64,000 nucleotides of DNA from Trypanosoma brucei (Eukaryota), in NCBI GenBank assembly GCA_000002445.1, contig CP000067.1:416001-480000 (forward strand), given 5' to 3'. A model generated the notes under the pieces. It was not told where the DNA came from, made no database searches, and saw only the letters and a program-made list of their open reading frames with translations. The stretch's first letter is position 1, and each line of letters opens with the position of its first letter. Position numbers and translations under genes: made by a program. This document shows, piece by piece, positions 34,119 to 43,436 of the stretch.

Positions 34119-35408
34119 TTACTTCTTCGATTTCCTCGGGGCTGCGGTTGTGGTGGCGCCACCTTTCGCCTTGCGCTCCGCGGCACGGGCAGCACGTTCC
34201 TTTCGGAGGCGCTCCTCGCGGCGGATGCGATCCTTCTTGAGTGGACCATACCACTGGCTCTTTTCCTTCTTCGTCTGGAATCGACCATGACCGATTTTAC
34301 TGCTTGTGTCGATAAACTTCAGCGTAATCTTCTCCGTGAGTTTGCGCGATGTTTGCGGGGCCATGGGGCGACGGAGTGTGATGACACGGCGACGAGGACC
34401 GGCAACAGAACCCTTCAGCATCACGTAGTCGTTGCGGACAGTACCGTAGCCAACAAAACCACCCATCGGAGTGATGGTCTTAGCGGTAAGATCATAAGCA
34501 GTTGTGGCTTGGTTGGGTTCCATGGAAACTGCACGACCGAGCTGGTAAATCTTCTTGTTGAGGTGTGTACGGTGGTGGTAACCATGCTGACCAGCACGAG
34601 CAACGGTGTACATGACACGAGACGGATGCCATGCGCCAATGCACGCAACCTTACGTAGACCACGGTGAGTTTTACGTGGTAGGCACGCAACACCCCAACG
34701 TTTCACGACACCAGTGAAACCATGGCCCTTAGTCACAGCGCACACGTCACATGCCTCCGACTGTTGGAACACAGAGTCGATGCGAACTTCCTTCTCAAGT
34801 AGCGATTTGGCGAGTTCAATCTTCTGCGCAATGGTGCCGCCGTTAATTTGGATCTCGCTTACGTGAGCCTTCTTCACACCAACGCGGTTGTTGCGCAGCT
34901 TGCGGAGTTGCGTGTGTGCCACCACACGGATGATGTCAGCCTTCTTTTCGAATGCCTTCAACGTCCGTGCTTCAGCGAGACGTCCCTCTGTTGTGCGAGC
35001 GAACTGCTTGCGCTTCGTGAAGGCGAGCTGTGCGGACTGTTTCCAGTTCTTGTAGAAGCGCCGGCGGAATTCCACGCTGGTGTGGTGTGCCCACACGGTG
35101 CCAATCGTCTTGTGGCCCACAGGTGTCTGCCGATAGCCAACAATTCCGACAACAACCATCGGCGGTGCCTCAAGAATTGTCACTGGTTCCACAACCTCTT
35201 TCTTGTTCACCTTTGACCCCGGACGGTCGACATCACGCACAATATGCGTCATACCAGCCTTGTACACCATGAAACTGGTGAGATGAGGTTTCTGTGAGGG
35301 ATCATCCTTGGGGAAAGAACGTGCTCGGCCACGAATCTGACGGCTGCGTTTGCGGGGAAGGAACCCAAGATGGCCGTGACGGGGGTGCTCGAACTTGCAG
35401 TGAGACAT
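34119..35408 (-). CDS. RPL3: 60S ribosomal protein L3 (tandem copy 2, protein identical to copy 1)
   Basis: Identical 429-aa product. Period to copy 1 is 1654 bp. ATG at 35408. Confidence 0.9.
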   Translation of the reverse strand: MSHCKFEHPRHGHLGFLPRKRSRQIRGRARSFPKDDPSQKPHLTSFMVYKAGMTHIVRDVDRPGSKVNKKEVVEPVTILEAPPMVVVGIVGYRQTPVGHKTIGTVWAHHTSVEFRRRFYKNWKQSAQLAFTKRKQFARTTEGRLAEARTLKAFEKKADIIRVVAHTQLRKLRNNRVGVKKAHVSEIQINGGTIAQKIELAKSLLEKEVRIDSVFQQSEACDVCAVTKGHGFTGVVKRWGVACLPRKTHRGLRKVACIGAWHPSRVMYTVARAGQHGYHHRTHLNKKIYQLGRAVSMEPNQATTAYDLTAKTITPMGGFVGYGTVRNDYVMLKGSVAGPRRRVITLRRPMAPQTSRKLTEKITLKFIDTSSKIGHGRFQTKKEKSQWYGPLKKDRIRREERLRKERAARAAERKAKGGATTTAAPRKSKK

Positions 35409-36479
35409 GTTGGTGTGCTCGCTTGTTCCTAATGCAATTCGCGCAATTATATGTGACAACAAAGTAAAAGTGATAATTACAGATAAAGAAAAGAGAGAAA
35501 GAAAAGGGGGAAAAGTAAGCGTGCGGTTAATAAGAATAAAGGGAGTAAGCGGCGGTGAGCGCTAGTCAGCACCGGCGCCTTGTGTTGTTGGGTATTCATT
35601 TGCTGTTTTGAAAGAAATGTGAGTAAGCGGTTGTAGTGTATCTTACTCATCTAACCGATGCTTAGATCTGTTTGCTGTGTTGTCTGTCCCTTCGGCACTT
35701 CAAATTCTTGGATGCATGTGTTTCGAGACGGGAGGCTCATTATGTATTTCATATACTCCCAGCAAGCCACTTAATGGATTGGCCTTTGTCAAGTACAGCA
35801 GTATCTCATTGTAAGTGGTGTTGGCATCGCATTACCAGGTGTGGTGAACACTTGGTAGACATATCCAACTCCTGCTTACAGGAGTTCCACGCCCCCAAGC
35901 CCACCAAATATTAGTAGCAAAACAGACCATCATCGTCTTAAACGTTGGGCGCTTTCAACCCGCATTTTCTAATATGCGGGTTCGTTGTAACTAGCGATCA
36001 CTCACCATGCCTTCATACCCTTACTACCTTTTAACTGCATTCGACCAAACGGCAATTGCAGTTGAGAGCACAGTTGTCGAGAAGTGAAAGAGTAACACAC
36101 GTTGTGGACCGAAAAACAGTTACAACTTTACCGATAAGGGTATGATGCCACCTGCAAGACCGGGATCGTGGAAAATGCACCCATCACAGGCAACGTCGCT
36201 AACGCCGCTGTCGCGCTTTTCTTCACGCGCACTCGCGGACGGATATTATCAGAGAGATGTATTGGGGATTTCATCATGGCAGACGGAGGCGCCACCTAAA
36301 AAAAAAAAATTCGCAACGATCGGTTACACCTCGTCCTTGCATAATGAGTAACAACTCACATCTCATTTTTGTCGTAATCAGCAACCACGTGCCCAGAGGC
36401 TGCATGTTCCCATCACGCCGCCAACTTCCACCACTGCTCTTTTCGGCACGCGCACTGCTCAACCACATACTGGCGCTGT

Positions 36480-36824
36480 TTATTTCTTCAACATCTTTTC
36501 CGCACCACCAATGGGGAAATCCACCTTCTTCGCTATCGCCGACTTGGTCATGAATGGTCCTTTTATTTTCGTTTCCTTGAACAAGCAGTGCCGCTGCAGC
36601 ACTGGATCCCAGAGCACCTTTTGCACTTTTCGCCCTGTAGCATCTAGTCGCTCTGTCTCCGTCTTGAGGTATCCCTCCATGTGCCCGGTGTTTGCCTCAC
36701 TGCGCAGTGCTACCATATTGTTTTTTATCTTCCTGGGGATAACCTTGGGGATGAAACCCACCATACGCTTCTTGAGACGCGTCTTGTACTGGCCACGCAA
36801 CAACAAGGCGGTGGAGGAGAGCAT
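36480..36824 (-). CDS. Hypothetical small basic protein (possible ribosomal or mitoribosomal protein)
   Basis: 114-aa Lys/Arg-rich ORF ("RLKKRMVGFIPKVIPRKIKNN"). Purine-rich tract upstream on the plus strand. No confident family. Confidence 0.35.
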   Translation of the reverse strand: MLSSTALLLRGQYKTRLKKRMVGFIPKVIPRKIKNNMVALRSEANTGHMEGYLKTETERLDATGRKVQKVLWDPVLQRHCLFKETKIKGPFMTKSAIAKKVDFPIGGAEKMLKK

Positions 36825-37192
36825 TCTTCCTCTCCTTTTGCTAGTTGCTTCCGGTTCTCCCCTTGTCGCTGCCGTGGTTGGCCGTGTTTTGTATCCCCTA
36901 TTTCCACTCTGAGATATACACGTGTCAACATGAGCATGTGTGTAAATACATATATATGTGTGTGTGGGGGGGGGGGAGAGTGGAATTAAAGTCAGCGATT
37001 GAGACGAGCGGGAGGCGTAACACTGAAAAATTACCCTTCTGTGACCATTTGTCCACGTGAAGTTGTCAAAGTTGTGTACCGCTTAAACGGAATTCGGTTT
37101 TACACGCAACAATTAAAATGGTTATGACTGGCGAAAGCATAGAGAGGGAAAAGTATACAAGACAACACCATAGAGTGACTGTACTCTGGCCA

Positions 37193-39160
37193 CTACTGCT
37201 GAAGCTGACTGTGGAGTGCAAGTGGGTATTTTTTCAGCGTGAGCTCCACAACGCCCTCAGAAAGGAAGATCACTTCGTTTCGCTTTCCTTTACCGGCTTC
37301 CGCCCCTCGGTCGTCCACAGCGAATACGGGTTCCTTGAATACCAGTTTCACCTTCCCCGTCTTGCCGAACGCGGAGTCAATGATGCCTTCCCTTAAGCCC
37401 CCCGGCCCGTTCTCATTAACGCAGCATCCATCATCCCCGCTCGTTGGCCGAAAGTAAACCGTAAGCCCAATGAATTTCTGTACCTCAGCATGAAGTGCAT
37501 CCTTAACTTTCGTATCCCTCTCCTTCTTATTGGTGCTCATACCACCACCGCTCCTAGCCTCATGCATCTCCGAAGTAACGACGCCACTGGCAATACACGA
37601 CCTGTCACTCACCACGCGTTCCACTACTAACGACCGGGACTTGTATCGAACGATGGGCATCGACCGCCACATCACGGCATCGTCTTTATCATCATGCAGA
37701 AGCGCACGGACGCGCCCCGCGAGTGCTATCCGGCACATGTTTTCTCGTTCCACGTCAAGTCGGGCCGCTATTAGTGGGGTCCCAATAGCTGCCAAGATGG
37801 GTTTCTCAAGCAGTACGATGGCGAAATATGTCAACGGCCCACGCTTGACAGCGATGGGTCGGCCGGGCCACCGATGCTTGTCTTCGGAAGGGCATTCAAA
37901 CGTGATGAACGCCTCCTCACCCAACTCCTCCACGTACTGACTTTCTTGCATTAGGTCGAAAGGGGGCTCCTCCGCTAATTCCTCCCCAGCTTGCGAGTCG
38001 CTGGGGAGGCAAACAGTCGGGCGACTGAAAAACCGCATGGTTCCCATCACCGTAGAGTGACCAATGTTTATATGAAACTTGGTGTGCACGTTGCACGGCA
38101 GCTGATGGAACCGAACACGACTAACCTCCGCAACCATCACAGAGGCACTTTCAAACACTGGCACAGGATGAACCGCCTGGTCTGCGCGGCTCCGCTGCCG
38201 CTGTTGCTGCTGCAGCGCACTACAAAGCAAACCGCGCTCCATTCCTTCAGCATCAAACTGTACAACAGAGAGTCCAACGCGGTCACCACGGCGGGCCATC
38301 TGCACGGGCTTGCGGAACACTTGCAACCCCTTCACTTTCTTTACCACATGAGACTCAGGAATGACAACGCTGTCCCCTACGCTTACCTGTCCGCGGAGAA
38401 TGGTGCCGGTGAACACGGTACCTTGGCCTTTCAATGCAAAGCAGTGGTCAACCATCATCACAAAGTCCTCCGGCCTCAACGGAGCTTCCTTATTTCTTTT
38501 GATCGTATCCGCGTCGACAAGGCTCAGGACGGCCGGTAACACCTTCTCCACGTTGATTGGACTCATCATACAGCCCTCACACGTTGTACCACCCGACTCT
38601 TCGCGACGCGGTGCGGCAGCGACCTCAACCATCGCCACAGATGGCCATCTGGTTCGTTCGAATGTCTTTTGCAGGCGCTTCCGCAGTTTATCGATTGCTG
38701 CCCGCTTCTCTTCGCTCGTAGACCCCTGGATAGCGTCAACTTTGTTGATCACAAGGACGAGTGGTTTGCACAGGACCTCGCCAATCACTATGCACTCCGC
38801 TGTCTGCGTCTGTATACCCTTGCAAGCATCAATGACAAGAATCATCATGTCTATAATTTGCGCCCCTCCCAATACAGTACGAATGAGCGATGCGTGTCCG
38901 GGGCAATCAACAAAAGTACATTGGACCTGTTGAATACCAGCGTTAAACAAATCCGGCGCAATGCCCTCCGTAGGAACGCAAGTGGCGCTAAAGCCAAGGT
39001 CGAGTGTTATGCCTCGGCGCTGACTCTCAGGACTCTTGTCAAATGCTGCTGTTGAAGCAGTTGATGAAAGCGCGCGTGCAAGCGATGTCTTTCCACTGTC
39101 TACATGACCTAGAATTCCGATGTTAATGTTTACAGAGGCAACATCATTAACTTCTGTCAT
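37193..39160 (-). CDS. EEFSEC: Selenocysteine-specific elongation factor (eEFSec/SelB)
   Basis: "NINIGILGHVDSGKTSLARALSSTASTAAFDKSPESQRRGITLDLGF" matches the eEFSec N-terminus. G-domain motifs present: GHVDSGKT, DCPGH and NKVD. Long C-terminal extension typical of eEFSec. Confidence 0.85.
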   Translation of the reverse strand: MTEVNDVASVNINIGILGHVDSGKTSLARALSSTASTAAFDKSPESQRRGITLDLGFSATCVPTEGIAPDLFNAGIQQVQCTFVDCPGHASLIRTVLGGAQIIDMMILVIDACKGIQTQTAECIVIGEVLCKPLVLVINKVDAIQGSTSEEKRAAIDKLRKRLQKTFERTRWPSVAMVEVAAAPRREESGGTTCEGCMMSPINVEKVLPAVLSLVDADTIKRNKEAPLRPEDFVMMVDHCFALKGQGTVFTGTILRGQVSVGDSVVIPESHVVKKVKGLQVFRKPVQMARRGDRVGLSVVQFDAEGMERGLLCSALQQQQRQRSRADQAVHPVPVFESASVMVAEVSRVRFHQLPCNVHTKFHINIGHSTVMGTMRFFSRPTVCLPSDSQAGEELAEEPPFDLMQESQYVEELGEEAFITFECPSEDKHRWPGRPIAVKRGPLTYFAIVLLEKPILAAIGTPLIAARLDVERENMCRIALAGRVRALLHDDKDDAVMWRSMPIVRYKSRSLVVERVVSDRSCIASGVVTSEMHEARSGGGMSTNKKERDTKVKDALHAEVQKFIGLTVYFRPTSGDDGCCVNENGPGGLREGIIDSAFGKTGKVKLVFKEPVFAVDDRGAEAGKGKRNEVIFLSEGVVELTLKKYPLALHSQLQQ

Positions 39161-39635
39161 TCCTGTTGGTCAACGCTCACAAGGTTGCTGTGCATGCAGC
39201 GGAGCTCCTTTCAACAGGGGTGGGGAAGTAACCTTCACCCGCTGTTAGTTGCGCTTCAAAAATAGACTAGTGGGGAGGGAAAAGGAACCCAATATGAAGC
39301 GTAGGGGAAGGGAAAGTTGATGAAAGGAGTTGTTCATATGAAGTGCACACCAGTAGCATCAAGCGATGTCCATATTAGACATACAAAAAAAAAGGGAACC
39401 AAAAACAACAACAACAACAGTAGCTCTATTTCCTGCTGCGAGAATTCCGTATCGTTTTAAATAGACTCGTTAACGTGTGCTACAGCATCATTTCCATCCG
39501 ACACTCACCTGACAGGGGTATCATGACGATGAGAAAAATTAGCCACTCATGGCGGGGAAAGTGGGGAACCAAAGTAAAACACAACAACGATGAGGACAAA
39601 GAGGAAAAAAAAACACAACTTATCACTCAGCATCC

Positions 39636-39944
39636 TCATCCGCCATGCAGTGTGGAGATGAATTCAACGGTATCACCATCATTTAGCACATAGTCCATCC
39701 CACCAACAACTTCTGCATCGCATGAATTCACCAGCACAAGAATGCCCGGACGGAGCGTTTGACCCGTCTGATCCACGAGAAGATCCGGTCTTTCCTTGAC
39801 GTAGTTTGTCTTGAGTAACTGCACCAACCCATTGAGGTTCGTCCCCGTGGGAACAACGCCATCCAACTGAAGACTTGTTTGCTTAGCAAAAAGTAACTCA
39901 CATCCTCCTGCGAACTGCACTGTTATGTGGTTGTGGTTCGACAT
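39636..39944 (-). CDS. URM1: Ubiquitin-related modifier 1
   Basis: Beta-grasp protein of 102 aa ending "FISTLHGG" (URM1 C-terminal Gly-Gly). "VQFAGGCELLF...RPGILVLVN..D.E..GG.DY.L.DGD.V.FISTLHGG" matches URM1 throughout. Confidence 0.85.
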   Translation of the reverse strand: MSNHNHITVQFAGGCELLFAKQTSLQLDGVVPTGTNLNGLVQLLKTNYVKERPDLLVDQTGQTLRPGILVLVNSCDAEVVGGMDYVLNDGDTVEFISTLHGG

Positions 39945-40411
39945 TATAATGCGTTTAAGCCACAGAAACGATTATAAAGATAGACAAAAAAGGTAATGTT
40001 ACACCCCGAGGGAAAACTGCGAATAAAACCAAGTAACGGTCACCCTTTTTGCTATTACTAATATATTTACGTTACCGTAACGGTTCGAGAGAAGGAAAAC
40101 AAATGTGGAAAAACAATGTTTGGAGGTGAAGGTGAGGGGTAGCATAACAAATTTACACGTGATAAAAGGGGCGGCGAACCAAAACGAGGAAAATCGAAGA
40201 TTCACCGGTAAAAGAAATGACGTCACGTCAATCAGCCGTCGCGTGTGGGGGGGGGGGAGCGGGGGGAGGGTTCCATTTTGGGGGCCGTTTACTCGATTCG
40301 CAGGGAACCTTCGACAATTCCCTCACTATTTTTTTTAAATCCAACCGCGCCCAGGCGAGTTTGTTTAAAATTCGACTCCACTTCTCTCCATGCCAATACA
40401 CCAGACACCAA

Positions 40412-40445
<34 letters not shown>

Positions 40446-43436
40446 GTACAAAAACAAACACATACATTTGTGTTGCTGCGAGGAATCAGGTGCTGCATGT
40501 AAATGTAAAAGTAACTGTAACCTTAAAAACCTAGGAAATAGGGCAACAGGGGAAGAGAGAATATGAATATGAACATGAAGTATAAACATGCGGAAAACAA
40601 ACAAACAAACAAAGCAGTGCGGTTCCGGTCGAAATAAAAGGATTCGGTAGAGAGAGAGAGTGCCGGCGGATGCGGAAACAAAAAGTGCAGTAACAACGAG
40701 CCTAGCCTGTAACCATCTTTTTTTCACACAAACACAAACACGAACACACACAAAACCAATAATTCTCTCAGTTTCATCCTCCAACACTGAAAACTTATTC
40801 CGCTCAGATGTGAAATGGCGCACAAGCAAACGGGCGCCCAGAAGGCCACATATGTTCGTAAGCTTATATATAAAAATAAATAAATATAGGCAAACGTATT
40901 TTGTTCTAAGTTCACTTTTCCTCCTCTTCAACATGAATTGCAACTTCACAGAGGCCGTGTAATGATGAAAAAAGAAAAGTGTGAACAGACCCTTCCGTTA
41001 CGATTCAGAGAGGGAGGGAGGGAGGTAAAGGAGAGAGGGGGTTAAGTGCTGATATATGAGGTGGTGCTGCGCCTTTCAGGGTTCCAGTAATTACTCTCTC
41101 ATCTCCCACCTCTGACTTCTCATTTTGTTTTTGTTTTTATTTATTTATTTATTTTTTGTTTTGCTTTGCTTTTATCCTTCCTTTCTTTTTCCTTTTATCT
41201 TCTTTGAGTTATTTTCTCCTCCCTTTTATATATATATATATATATATTTCCCCCCTCCTAGCAGTTCTCCTCCTAATCGGCTTAATGGATTTCTCCCTCC
41301 CCCTCCTCCCAACACACGAGAAATAAAGCATGACCATGGAGAGGAAACAAACCAAAGAGTGGCACGGATCGCAACGTAATAAATAAGCAAAAATAAGGTG
41401 GAAAAAAAAAGGCAAACAAACTTTATCTATGGCTAAAATAAAAAGAAGAATAGTAACAAAAAAAAAAATTAAAATTAAAAAAAAAACTTATAGCGCAACC
41501 ACAGGCGTAGTAGGCATGAAAAAATTGCATACCGTGCCGCCCCATTTTGTCTTTTCCTTCCCTTTTGACCACACCTTTCCTCATGGCAGCAAAATCCTTC
41601 ACTCCTCCCCCCTTTTCTTCATCCTACTCTTCCTTCTTTTTTTTCCTCCTTCTTCTCATGAATCCACACCTTATTATTTATTTATTTCTTTTTTTTTTTG
41701 CTTTTTCTTTTCCTGTTTTATTTCTTCTGAGCCATATGAGTTAAAAAAGCAGCGACGATAACACCACAATATCGATGTGCATTGGAAAAAAAGGGAGAGA
41801 GAGGAAAAAAGAAAAAAAAAGCAAACTCATCACGGCAAACGAGAAATATCCTCATTCAAGTGGCATTGGGGTCTTCGTGTTTATTTTTTCTTTTTCTTTT
41901 TTTTTCGTACGTGTCCATTAAGTGGCCCGCTTTGCAGTGGCCGTCCCCACATCTCTCTCTTTTTTTTTTCTTTAAAAAGAAAAAAAATCTATTTAGCTGT
42001 GCATCACTGTGGCCCATGTTATATATATATATATATATAACACATACACTTATACACCTGCGGCTATGCATCAAATAAAGGCGGGGTATGGGGAAAATAC
42101 CACCAGAGCCGTCAAATATATTTCACGCATAAATGTATAGGTGAATGTATTCATATATACGTTTAACTCCTCCCTCTTACGTTAGCACAAACAGGAAAGT
42201 GCAAGAAAAAAAAAAGGAAGAAAGGAAAAAAAAAGAGATGGAGCAGGCGGGGTTTTCGTTTCCTGTTTAATTTTTGTATTTTTTTTTGTTTTCCTTTCCT
42301 TTGCTCGTTTCTTCAGAGTCAAATCATGCAGAAATAAATAATGCAGACACGCAAACACGCACAAGCACCGATGATAATGTACATAAACGTACGAAAACGA
42401 ATTACATCAAGGAGGGGAAAACCAACCGAGACACAAAAGGGGGGGGGCACATAAAAAGCAGGAAAAAAAAACAGGGAGAGATTCAAAAGGAAAGAAAACA
42501 CTCGACGGTGAGTGGTGCCGAGGAGGCGTATATACGACCAAAAAAACGAAATAAAAACAAAAACAAAATCAAATTTAAAGAGACCTGAAGACACATCGCA
42601 CTGAATTGCGCGCGAGATGCGAGATGCGGTCTGCATGTTTTTCTTTTCACACCATATTTTTTTTTTCTAACTGTTCCGACGCATTGTGCCGATGAACTCA
42701 AATCAATATAAATAAATAAATAAATAAATATATATATATATATATGTATGAGTACGTGCGCACAAACACGGCAGAGCAGTTATCACATACATGCTGATTA
42801 ACTCAGCATTGAATAAGTGGAAACCAAACCAAACCAAACCAACCTTCCCTATAAAAAAAACAACAACAACAACAACAACACAATAACAAACAACAGCAAT
42901 GCGACCTCCCGCCAAACACATGTGATCTTTTTTTTTTCTTCGTTCCATATTGTTGCGCGGGGAAGTGATCCCGGACACTCCACTTGTTAGTGGGTGCGAA
43001 ACACAAAACAAAACAAAAGAAACAGCTACAGAATCAGTACATGTGACCGGAGGTGGCAGGAAAACGATGAGCTGCTCAGCAACAAGGACAAAAAACAAAA
43101 AGAGGTTAGAAGTTTAAATTTAATTAAAAAAAAAAAGAACAACAACAACAACACGAATAGGAAACAAAACAGTTTCCTTTTTTTATTTTTTGGCCTCCTC
43201 CTCCCCAATAAAACCAAATCTCTTACCGCACACACCTCCTCCAACGTACCCGCGCCTCCCCACAATATTTTCAGTCACTGCATTTCCCCCCCTCTCCCCC
43301 CAAAAAAGGGAGGGAGAAAAAACTATGAAAACCCATTCCCTTTCTTTCGCACCACCACCACCACGGCGATCATCTGAGTAATAATAATAATAGTAATAAT
43401 AATAATAATAGTAATAATAATAATAACCCCCGTGGC

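Larger units (their letters stand above)
32315..35560. repeat. Direct tandem duplication (2 x ~1.65 kb) carrying the RPL3 CDS plus flanking UTR sequence
   Basis: 32315-33950 and 33950-35560 are near-identical across coding and much of the flanks. Small differences: tatccg/tacccg at ~32326 vs 33980, an extra ~12 nt in copy 2 ("aaaacaaaaatt"), and ctagtg/ctaatg upstream of the ATGs. Confidence 0.9.

Noticed and set aside
32456-35272. Plus-strand 182-aa and 122-aa ORFs and minus-strand 87/90-aa ORFs duplicated in both RPL3 units
   Set aside because: They are out-of-frame or antisense reading frames within the RPL3 repeat. Duplication in both units simply reflects the DNA repeat.
40365-40949. 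194-aa minus-strand ORF, plus the ORFs at 41429..41761 and 42703..43098 in the long spacer
   Set aside because: All are translations of (TA)n, (CA)n or homopolymer-rich sequence, giving Phe/Leu/Lys-repeat peptides that are characteristic of repeat translation rather than genes.
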